Assembly (NCBI GenBank): GCA_964035545.1
Contig: OZ037768.1
Span: 1,768,741 to 1,832,740, forward strand
Direction: 5' to 3'
DNA length: 64,000 nucleotides
Source of the DNA: Bugula neritina
Taxonomy: Eukaryota; Animalia; Bryozoa
The notes under the pieces were generated by a model, which was not told where the DNA came from, did no database searches, and saw nothing but the letters and a program-made list of their open reading frames with translations. The translations under genes and the position numbers were made by a program. This document shows positions 46,024 to 59,000 of this stretch, piece after piece; position 1 is the stretch's first letter; every line of letters starts with the position of its first letter.

Positions 46024-49000
46024 ATGTTGGGTATTGCTCTACTATTAGCCATTGTAGGGTACAGCTCATCTGCTTCCAGTCCTCGGTGGATCTGTCTTGG
46101 GAATGACATAGGTAGCTGCTACTTAAAGGTAACTAGTTTTGTAGTATTATTATATCTTATATCAAGTTGGTCGAATAATACTTTTCCATAATAAAATAGT
46201 TACTATACACCTACCAAAAGCATGTGATAATCTGTTTTGTTTAAGATAAATGTAAGTTCATATGGTTGGCATCATTTAGCTCAGATGGTAAGTGTGCTGC
46301 ATTTAGTCATTGGTTTTTTTAGTTGAAGTAAAAGTATTTTTGAAGTTAAAATGATTCACATAAGTTGAGTTATTCTTTATTAGAGTATCAACGAAGAACC
46401 TGTATCATATGATGCTGCCGTCCAGTTTTGCTCTAACCATGACAGCACACTGGTCATGTTTCCAGTTATAGAGGAAAATGAACTTATTCACCAACTCATC
46501 ACCATAGAAACCAAGTTCAACTTAAACAATGAACAGGCCACCACTCCTCATCGCTACTGGATTGGCTTAAAGTTTGATGATGATAAAAAGTCTTCCCATA
46601 ACAGTATGAAGTTTATTAACAATTAATTAGTGTTTTGAAGCTTAAGCTTTAGAGTAAGTCAGTCGCAAGTTTTTCAATTGCAAAAACTTAATTTTTTGTT
46701 TTATTTTTATGATTGAATCAGATGGAAAACGTTACAAAAGCATGTTTTAAGTTATATACTTACTGGCTCTAGCTTTAAAATTTCTACTCTCGGTCTACAA
46801 ACTATTCTAGCTGGCATGACTTTCTGTACAGAGGTGAGACTTATGAATTTTATGTAGTAGTTCGGGGCGTGCTTTTATCCACCCGTTCTACTAGCGTCTT
46901 TGTCCATTTACCAAGCTTCTTGCTTGTTAATATATTCAACTAGTTATAACCAGTGATTAGTTTCTATATTCATGAGAAAAAACATGTCAAAACTTGGCCT
47001 TTGACTCAAATGCATTGTTTCGTTAGTGTACTGGGTGAACTCCATGAATGAGAATGTTATTGAGCCAAGTAAATGGACCTTTAGCCCCCAGTTTCAGCTC
47101 ATCAACCCTGCATTGAGAGGGAAAGGCTGTGTCTCAGCTGAAATCTATCTCAGTAATAAAGAAGTGAAGACAAGACTTAGAAAACACTCTAGCTGTGGTA
47201 CCTCTGCTAAAGTGAACAACTTCCTTTGTGAGAAAGCAGATCCTAAAGATGCTGGTATTGCCTATTATAATATTATTATATTTATTATTATATATATTAT
47301 ATATATAGATATTTTTTAATATTGTATATATTATTGTATTCTATGTAATAATATTATATTCTCTATATTATTATATTTTATAGATTATTGTATTCTATAT
47401 ATTGTATGTATTATTATATTACATATATTATTATGTTTTATATATCATTATATTGTTGCATTGTCTATTATATTCTCAAAGAAGTTACAGATTACTTAGA
47501 CCTGCATCTGTCTGGTTAAAAATACAACCGATACAACGTATTGCTTCTAATTCTAAGAGATATTGCATTACTCCAATATCTATTAAATATTTAATAGATA
47601 ATCATACTGTTTTCCTACTGCTCTTGGCAATTATTACATTATTGTATTATTATTTGCCCACAATTATATATTCCATCACTGCATTACTAGCTATTATATA
47701 TAATGTACTAGATACTATTCACTGTCTCAGATAGTAGTCGGTGGTACCAGCAGTGGGAGTCCTGGCCTGGAGATGTCTGTCAGCAGAATGGGAGAACTTC
47801 TGTGTCCAGAGAGAGAGCTTGCTTTTCGTGTCAGTGACTAAAACCTCATTACTCCAGATATACAGTTACTTTATTATTATAACTGTAGTTCCATTCCATT
47901 ATATTTTATCATGATATTAAGAGTAGCAGGTGTTCAGCTTATGTTGTTTTAATTTGAAAAATATTGGTAATAATGTTTAAAACCTATAATTTTTGTTTTT
48001 GAATAAAAAACAAGCATATATAATAACTATAATGACTATAATTAAACGTCAGGCTCTCCCAAAATGTCCTAGCTAAACCAACACTTTTAAATAACAAAAA
48101 CAGTTATAAAAAAATTAGACTTTTTCAGTTTTTTTTAGTTCTATGCATAATTGTGATAAGTGAAAAGATTTTCCAGATGTTTGCAAGTTACCATTTCATA
48201 TCATTGTGTATAACTTGAATTATGTTGGTTCAATGATACTCTTTTTAGTTGATTGTGAAATACAAGGCTTACCCATAGAAACCCAAGTACGGGCGTGTTG
48301 TGACACGCCCCCTAATTCTATCACTAATGGCGTCATCATTCGAGAGGTTGGGGTTATATAAAGCAAATTATATACATTAAGTTTAATTTTATTTGAATAT
48401 AAAAACACATGGGCAACACTTAAAGACATTTACGATTATTTAAATTGGTAATTTTTATATAATAAATGTTATTTCTGTGTTCTATGATAGCTTTTGTTTT
48501 TACCACGATAGTATCGGATTCGAGGTGACGTAAACAGACGAGCCTTACACAACAACTCAATATTCATTCGATGTGACATGGGCTATGTGCATCCTGCTAC
48601 CAGATATCCTTCTCAGAGAGTCTTTTGTGGCCTCAACTCTAGGGGTGAAGGTCAATGGGACTCAGAAATTCCTCCCGCATGTGTACCAGTGGACTGTGGA
48701 GAACCGCCCCCGGCTGTGCATGCTTTCTCGCCTCAAGTAGGAGTTGTGCTCTTCTAGTACCTAATGTAGTCTGAGTACAATTACTAAGTTAGTGAAGAGC
48801 CCAAATATCAACCACTCTTGAAAATGCTTATAGCTGCCACCCCTTAGGTACATCAAGTTAGTTTTGTCGAATTTTATGTTGGCAACAGGTGAAGAGCTTC
48901 AAGAGAGCAATGGTCTATAGGCTTGGTACAATATGTGTCATGCTATTGATAATATTGGTCGTAGTTTTAACTTATTAAACTTCTTGTATATATGCCAACA

Positions 49001-49958
49001 TACAAATTTATATTTTCACGATAGACCAAAATTTTTATTCAGTATTTTATGAGTCAAAACTCAAAATGTAGGTGTGTGCAAGTCTGTGTGGGTGAAAGTG
49101 TAGGTAAATTTGATTAAAATTTTAGATATAGTATTTTGCACTCCAAATTATTTTATGATTAAAACACAATTCTAAAACTTGGGCTAAACCCGCTGTTTGT
49201 TGTATAAATTTATTGCGCAGTTACATTAATTTCAGTCTTTGTACATGTTTTAAGTATATTATAAAGTATTATTGTATATTGTGTAGTATAATAATATATA
49301 TTATGTACATGTTTTAAATATATTATGCAGTATAATAATATATTATGTACATGTATCAAGTATAGTATAAAATACAATCATATATTACAGTATGACGGAA
49401 CTGGTTTCAACTCCTTAGCCACATATTTCTGTCAGCCAGGCTTCAAGGAGCCCAAGTACAAGCGGTCCAGTGTCACACTACGCTGTGGTGAGAGTGATGA
49501 CTGGATAGGACTAGACTTTGATAAGAACACTAAAGCTGTGTGTGAACCCCTCTCCGTAGAGCCTCTCCCTTGGTTAGTGTGCACTTTCTCTGGTGGTACA
49601 CTAAAATACAGCATTTCTAAGTTTATACTTGGTTTAAAATTTCACAATTTACAGCTTTTAAATTTGATCACACCCTAATAATTGAGCTATTATTCGTCAA
49701 ATGAAAAAAATTGGTAACAGGGAAAAAAATGTATTATAACATATCATGACATGGCATATCATAATATAGCATATAATATAATATAATATAATGTGGCATA
49801 TATTATGTCATATCATATTATGTCATACCATAGTATATCACTGCATAGCATATCATAGCAACTATTTATCTTATTGTATCAGAGTTTGTTCTGTAAACCT
49901 TATAAATATTATGTAAACTATCACAGTTGGTTATAACAAGCCCTGGCTATCTGTCTGT

Positions 49959-50024
<66 letters not shown>

Positions 50025-53000
50025 ACCTACCTACCTATCTATCTATCTATCTATGTAATTTGTTGTTTATTTATAGTATATTGAGTTGCTGTGGATTGTA
50101 GTAGAACACGGATCCATTGCACTGCTATGCAATATATTTTAAGGATACAAATATGTCTTATTTTAAATAACCAATTGAGCCGATACACTGTACTATTACT
50201 GTAAGCGTGTTATGCTGAAACCCAGGGAGTACTTCAGTCCAGGAAAGAGAGGCGGGACGGGTTACTGCTATCAACTCAACCACATTGGTTTGACATGGCA
50301 TGAGGCCCAGCACATGTGTCAGGGAGGTCTGCTCTACATTGCTAGTAGAGATGAACTCATGTTTCTCAAGACAGTAATTCTAGAACCACAGGCTGAGAGA
50401 AGTGTGCTGTGGCTAGCTGGAAGGAAGTTAATGTCAGGTGACCTTTGTGACTTTTAGTAGTATTCTGATATACCCATAAGTTTCCAACTCTTTACTTTAT
50501 TAAAATTTTTAAGTTCATTTTCCAAAATACTGAGTATTTTATTTATTCCTATAATACATTAGATTGCCAAGATTGTTCTGTCTACCATATACAACCACTA
50601 CCATATACAACCATTACCATATATAACCACTACCATATACAACCACTACCATATACAACCATTATCATATACAGCCACTACCAGATGCAACCACTACCAT
50701 ATACAACCACTAACATGTACAACCACTAACATGTACAACCACTACCATTTAAAACCATTACCATATACAACCACTACCATTTAAAACCACTACCATATAC
50801 AACTGCTACATATACAATAATTACCATATAGTAGTGTATGCTACACAGAAAGTCAATTTACTTGGCAACTAGAAGATGAAAGTGAGCTGAATGTGGGGGA
50901 CACAGGCTACACTAACTGGCAAAGTGAGGGGCCGCTTCTACAACCCCACCATAGAGATCTGTGTATGGCAGCAAAGTACAGGTTAGACACTCAGTCTATT
51001 TTTCACAGTGCTGCTTTTATGCTCCTGTCATCTTTGTGCTGTTATTTCTTTGCTGCCATAACTTCTGTACGTGGTGTTGCATTGAAAAATAATACTTTCT
51101 GTGACTCTTTAATTTGTTTGCTGCCTGTTGTTGCGGCAGAGTTGGATTTCAGAGAAACATATTTGAGAAAATATTAGCCAATGTTATTATTTAATGCTCC
51201 AAGCAGTATCTAAGTTTAAACTTTAACAGAGCCAGCAGATATGAAAACATCAACAGCTATATATTTTATTGCTGGGAATAAATTTGGAAGGTGTTCAAAT
51301 ATAATAAAAGCTAAACGAAGTGATTCTGAGAAAAAGTCAAATGTATTATTTGCATTAATTAGTACAACTAAAGTAGCATTGGGTTATGGGGGAAGTTTGT
51401 CCACTAGCTGATTTGCCATACACTGACAGTAGATACAGGTGGTTGTACTAAAGGATTGTTTACGTGTCGATTGACAGTGAGTCATTGTTATCTTGTTATG
51501 ACATTTTGGCAGTGAGGACAGGTGGTTGTGGGTAAATGTGACATGTGGAAACAAGTTTGAGTTTGTTTGCAAGACGGAGAAGAAAAGGCGAGATGGTGGC
51601 TGGTCTAACTGGAGCCAGTGGACAGCCTGCAGCATCAATTATGTCCGTCAGCGATCCCGGCAATGTAACCAACCCACTCCTTTTTGTGGTGGAGCTGAAT
51701 GTATTGGAAACAGCACTGATGTTAGGTTAGTTGTAATTATATAATACATGAAGCAACTCACTGCTGATAGTATAAGTATCACACTGGAAGCATTGCTATA
51801 ATATATAAACAGTGTGTATTTTATTACCTTGTATTTTATAGTAATGGTATACATACACGCCACACGCCTAAGCGCACATGCACACAATGCACACACATAT
51901 ATACACATACACATATACACATATACACATACACACATACACACATACACACATACACACATACACACATACACACATACACACATACACACATACACAC
52001 ATACACACATACACACATACACACATACACACATACACATATACACACACATATACACACACATATACACATACACACATTCGTTCGCTCATACATATAT
52101 ATACTAGTGTGTGTAGTGTTCCAGATTTCTCATCTTACACGAAAAAACAAACAACAAGGTGGCAACTGAGAAACAGATAGATTCTCCCACATCTATGTAC
52201 ACTATAAGCTGTCATCTAATTCTTACAGAATATTTTGTTGTTTTCAACTAATATGCTGATATAAATATTCTCCTTTCTCATAGAGCATCAAATGAAGGAC
52301 TGAGAGTACGAAATATAAATATTAATGTGTTTATTCACTCACCTTGATGTCTACGCTCTTTTGTTACCCAGTCGTTGCTGCAAGGACCCTGGACAAGCAC
52401 CATACGCTGACCTGATCTATAGATCCATCACCAACACTACCGTGTTTATTCTACCTGGTCATTACTACACCTACCAGTGTTGGGAGGGCTACGAGTATAG
52501 ACAGAATTCTACTAACAGTAAGAATATAACGTGTCAGCTAGACGGGACGTGGACAGACCCTGGCGAAGCTCCTGCTTGTGAACCTAAGCTATGTCCGCCA
52601 CCAGGTGCTTTTACACTGTATTATTAGTATTCACATTATATTACTAGTAGTGACGTCATATTACTAGTAGTCGCAGTATATTACTAGAACTCTGATATCT
52701 TGTACATCTTTTTTTCGGTAACTGAAATCATCAATTAGAATACAAATTTTAAAGATGTTATTTACTTTAGAATGTAACCTTTGAGTTCGCAGTTTAATAA
52801 GACAATTACTACTTTTTTCGGAACATTTCCACTTAGCAGAAGCTCTCAATTATTGATCTAAAGTTTGTATTTCCAACTGTTTTCGAAGTTTTTTTCTCCA
52901 CGGCTGGTCAGGAACACCCAACCACTGCCCAAACACTCGTGTTTGTGCTAATCTGTGATGGTTTAGTATAACATCGTGTGCAAGCAATGTACAACGTTTG

Positions 53001-56000
53001 TTTTTCTCTTGTATCAACTTCAATAACTCAAAGTTGAGAATTTTCCAATCTGTTTAGAGAATGGCAGTCATTCGTACTTCACGATTGGCTCATCTAAAAC
53101 AGAGACCTTCCCACATGGCACTAGAATCAGCTATGACTGTGAAGTTGGGTTTGGGACTACTAAAGACAACAACCCCGGAATTGGTAGTCAAACTAACTGT
53201 ACGGATGGTAAATGGAGGAATCCACCTCTAACATGTTACGCCAGATGTGAGTGATAGTGCCACTTTATAATTAGAAGTTGTCTCCTATTCTGGAAATCAT
53301 ATTTTAAACATAGATGTTAATATAACCCATATAGCAGTATTGGTTTTTTGAGGAATTAAACATTTGATATTATGGAGCGCAATGGTGCAGTTTGCTTTAC
53401 CAAAAGGTTTTGTAGCAAGACAAACAACTTTTAGTAAAATCTAAGCACAAATATCAAACAGAGAACTTCAAGAATTTGAAAAATAGTCCAAGTATGTAAA
53501 ATGATTTTGAAGAAAGCGTAAAACTCAAATAACGTGCAAATATCAAAGAAATTTGTTTAAAGCAGCTTCTTTGTGAGAATATAAATTTATACCAGATATA
53601 AAAGTGCATATAAATCGAACAGCTGTGACCTAATATATTGTTGTATTTTTGTGGGTTATGAGAATAGACTAAGTAGTCTGCATGCCAATTATTTATGATG
53701 AAATAAAGAGTCTTGATAAACTGTAATTAATAGTATTTATTGCTTCCTTCATCTGTGAGCTCCAGTAGTATACTGATTCATACTAGAAAAACTCACGCTT
53801 ATATACAGGGAATTTCCCGCCACTTGAGAGGGGGTCCGAAGCTCGTACGAAGTTCGGAGTTCCGGCGACCGATGTCGGAAACATCCGGTCCGATCTCGGA
53901 CAGGCTCCTCCGACATCGGTTCCGACTTTGAACGAGCTTCGGCTCACATAGTTAATTATTTATAAAACAAAAAGAAAAGTGGCAGGGAATACAACTCACA
54001 AAAACTATTACAGTAAACAAACAAAAATAATAGGAAGGGCAATTCACAATCATTACGCTATTTACTACACTAAGAGCTTAGCTATAATTACAATATTTGA
54101 GGCATTAGAAAGCTACGCAAGGAGCTTAGCTATAATTACAGCATTTACAGTATTTACAAAGTTACGCTAAGTCCATTATAATAGTGACGCGATATAATTA
54201 CTAGAGCGTTAAAATCCATTACAATATTCACTGTTTGATTATTAAGGAGATACATTTAGTTGAATGTTATTTTCAGTGTGTGCAGACCCACACCCGGAGC
54301 TGGTCAGCGATGCTGAGTATGACAGAAGAAACTTGAACAGGTCATCTATGGTCAAAGTCGTTAACAAGATTTCTCATGATAGCTGGGGCGATGGCTCCGA
54401 GGTTTACGATCTTTATAAAGATAAATACTGGTTAGTTGCTACTGAGGGGTACTACGCTGATATCAATAAAGGTTTTATCTCTTTTTTATAGACGATGGTG
54501 CTTTAAGTCATGATTGAGAATTGATAATCTACTGGTTTAAAAAACTTTTTTTCTATAAAAGCCTGCTGCTAAGAATATTGTAGTGAAACTTATAAGGTTG
54601 TCTTACCTTAAACTGTTGAAAAACTAAACATAACAGGAAATACTGTTTGAACAGGTATTTCTGCCAGTTTGGGTACAGAACATCGTACAAGGCTGTTGAC
54701 TACAACATCACCTGCATGGCCAATGGCAGGTGGTCTAAGCAAGCTAGTTTTGGAGCAGATTATCACCCCATAGCCTGTGAACCAGTAGAATGTCCCGGAC
54801 CTCCCCCTCAGGCTAAGCCCAACTCCTTCTGGACTGATGGAGCTGATCCTTCTAATACTAACTACAGAGGCAAGTGTAACTAATATAGTTGACAGGGTTT
54901 AGTTATGTATATTCAAAGTGATATATTGCTGGGGATGTTTATACAGCACGGACAGTATGTAGATACAACATGCATATGATAAGGTATGAATGTTTAGTCT
55001 ATGTATTCTAGCACATTCTATAGCATCTAATTTACGTTCTAAATGCGTAGAGTAAAGTTTCAACCTGCAGATAATATTATTCACTCTCAACTGCTGCTTA
55101 GTAACATCAAGTTATGTATTACAGAACTGGTCAGGAGAGAATGGCTTAGTCACTAAAGAACTTAGAAATTTATAATCTGTGAAAATACAATTAATTGTGA
55201 CTAATATGTAAACAAGCTGACGAAGATGTGTAAATTCATATGAATTAAAAGCAAGATGGAATCTTATTGCTTTAGAGTGATTTGTTAGAATAAAGACTGT
55301 TGACTTGCAGGTAAATACAAGGACATTGCCAACTACAAGTGTATCTCGGGCTATCAAGTAGACACGGGAGTAACTAACGACCACAGAGTTCTATTAACTT
55401 ACTACTTCACGTGTGGGGCTAACAATGACTGGACAGATGAGTTCTCCCCTCAGCAGTGTATCAAACAGAGCTGCGGGGACCCAGGTACCCCCCCCCCTTC
55501 CTTAGAATCAGTAAAGCAGAAAAAAGCTATATATTTATTTAGTATGGAATATTCTTCAAACTGATGGTTATTTAGCAGTGAATTAACCTTGTTGCTAGGT
55601 AACGGCACAGAAGTACAGAGTAGAATTGGCAAGACATTCAACTACGGGGACACGCTGGACTACGTGTGTAAGCAGGGGTATGTCTACAATATGACCGTCA
55701 CTCGCAGACGTCTCGTGTGTGACCTTCACTCTGACTCAGAGTATGTCACGTGGAATGGCACAGAACTCAACTGTTCCAGTAAGTCTCAACTCTTTCTGTA
55801 ACAATTCTTTTCAGTTAGAATAACTGTAGGTAGGTCTCAATATATCTACATGGCAGCCTCGTGAAATGTATTAATTACTCATGTAGTGTGAATATGCATT
55901 ACAACGCAATAAAATTGTATATAATAGTTCTACTTATATGCATGCATTACTTAATTTTATATGTATAGTGCATTATATGCATTATATGCATATTATATCA

Positions 56001-59000
56001 TATTTTACATATTATTCTATTCTCACCTATCTCCGCTTTGTTCTTGCAATATAGTATTATATATAACATTTAATATGTAATATTTCATATAATGCAGCAT
56101 ATTATATTACATGACATATTACATAATATATTATGTATTGTATATAATGTAACATATTACATTTTATATATGTCCGAGTAATATATCTCAGGAGTTTACT
56201 GCGGAGAGCCAGGTGATGGGTCCAATGTGACTAAGATAGGAGAGAGCTACGAGTTTGGAGACATTGTCATCTACCAGTGTGCCAAGCAGCACGTGCTCAC
56301 TGGAGGAGGTCTGGAGATGCTGTGGTTACGGTGTGGTTCTGGGGCCACCTGGAATGGCACGGCTCCTGCTTGTGAACGTAAGTCTAGTTTCTCATTGGAT
56401 GAATCACCAAGCAGACGTTCATATGATTCATCAAGCAGACGTACTTTTGCGGAGTTATACATTAGACTCGTGAACTCACTGTTTCTTTAATACCAGTTTA
56501 AATGGCTGTTTTGGTCACCAAATGTGTTATTCAGAATAGATTGTATTTATTGGATCAATAGCATTACCTCCATGGTGTGCTGTATATGCCAGATTTTACA
56601 TCAATCTCGGATGTATTTCCTTTGAATTTGTGTTTAAACCATCTCTAAAAATATCATATTTCTAATTTTACAAAGCTGTTATAACAGTGTAGCTTCGTGT
56701 ATTATAGTGTAGCGTCTCTCAATCCACATTACATTACCACTGGCTAGCTCTATTAACAAGTAGGAGGAAACTTGTGAGTCTTGTAAGAAATGGAGATTTT
56801 AGCATTAAGATTTCAGTTGCTGAACCTTTGGTGCTGTTTTAGCTGCTGAGATTTCTAGTGACTTTGAAGTTGTCTCCATCAAACCGTACACCGTGTTAGC
56901 TCAGTGGATCATGTCTGAGAAGTACAAAGGGGTGCGAGTTAAGTTTTACGTGAAATATATCGGTAGACCAGGTTACAGAACTTCTGTGGACACCTATGGC
57001 TACCTGGACAATTACCCTCCCTCTGCAGGTAATTATACTCTCTCTATGCAGGTACCTATAAGTATATAGAGATATACTACGCAGGTAACTATAAGTATAT
57101 AGAGATATACTACGCAGGTAACTATAAGTATATAGAGATATACTACGCAGGTAACTATAAGTATATAGAGATATACTACGCAGGTAACTATAAGTATATA
57201 GAGATATACTACGCAGGTAACTATAAGTATATAGAGATATACTACGCAGGTAACTATAAGTATATAGAGATATACTACGCAGGTAACTATAAGTATATAG
57301 AGATATATTACGCAGGTAAATATAAGTATAAAGAGATAAAGTTACCTACAGACTAGTTTTGCTCTATATTTCAGTGGATAACGGGACTAAGTTGTACGAG
57401 ACGTCTGCCGGAGGTCTACTGAAGATGTATATCTACACTAAGCCTGATTATATCTACGAGTTTAGATTGGAAAGTGAGTTTATCTTTCTCGTAGTCCTTT
57501 TACTGTGACTATGTGACTGTGTGACTGTGTGACTATGTGACTATGTGACTATGTGACTGTGTGACTATGTGACTATGTGACTATATGACTATGTGACTAT
57601 GTGACCATGTGACTATGTATGGTTGAATACTTGTGCACTTGTATTAAACAGGTCTCTGTAGAGTTGCTGTGAAATATTATATTGTATCGTCTGCAATATT
57701 TAATGTTGAACAAAACTACATTTTAAACTTGAAGATGCAGGACAACTATAAATAACTTAATAGCATAACAGTTCATAGTACATTCTCTCTTATTCCTGTT
57801 GCAGGTAAAACTTTGATATCCACGGAAGAATGGCCTGCAGGGAAAGAGCCTTTTCGACTGTTCACATCTGGTGGAGTGCCGTTCCTGGGAGAGGTCCAGC
57901 AGAGAAACTTACCGTACATCATCCCTCTCAAGGTCTTACCAACGTATAGGAAGAAACCCACGGCCTTTGTACTCGAGTCTCCGGAAATGTACGTTCAGTT
58001 CTAGTGGTCAGGTGTATGACTTGTAGTGAGTGTTGTACTGTGTGGAGTGTTGTACTGTGTTGAGTGTTGCACTGTGTGGGGTGTTGTAGCGTGTGTAGTG
58101 TTGTAGCGTGTGTAGTGTTGTAGCGTGTGTAGTGTTGTAGTGTGTGTAGTGTTGTAGGGTGTTGAGTGTTGTAGTGTGTGGAGTGTTGTAGTGTGTGGAG
58201 TGTTGTAGTGTGTTGAGTGTTGTAGTGTGCTGTACTGTGTTGTAGTGTGTTGAGTGTTGTACTGTGTTCTATAAATATGTCATTTTACAGAAGTGGTTAG
58301 CTATGAGAGTTACCAATATGACCTCATGTGTGACCTCATGTGTGACCTCATGTGTGATCTTATGCATGACCTTATATATTTATCTAATAACTAATAAGCT
58401 TGTGAAATAAAATTTGATTTATTAAAACTTGGATGCCCTTTGTACGTTACTCACTTGTGTGCCTGCAGGTTGGAAGTAGCATTTGACAGAACTATGTTTT
58501 CAGAAGAAAATGGAACCATAATTGGCTTTTCAGTTATAGTTAAAGAAGTGAGTTAGATACACTGAATTTTTACCTAATTAGCAAATATTCTATGTCCTCC
58601 AGTTTAGCTTAGGTTCTTAATCATTGGACCGACAACTTCTCATGCTGCAATTCTTTGTTTCCAAACATTATATTCTTTCACAAAGTACCCGGGGGTCATG
58701 CTGTAGTGTTATATATCACATGGAATCCTGGGAAATAAATAGCTAGAATAGACTATCATGAAATATTTAGTCTTGTCTCGGGTTGATGTACACATTTTGC
58801 GAGTGAAGATAATGCCAATATGTTTACAGGTTCACCCTTTTCATACTACAGAGTCTGCTCTTGCCAAGGAAGGTTATCACAATCGCTATGGAAACGACCT
58901 TTACACCTACAGCGAGCTCTCTAGATTCACCAAGTACAGAGCATGGCCCGCCTACTTTGCTACTCCTCTGTGCAATATCTTTGCCCTCTGTATGTTATGC

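Noticed and set aside
51648-52180. HT-rich and VC-rich ORFs
   Set aside because: Microsatellite artefacts.
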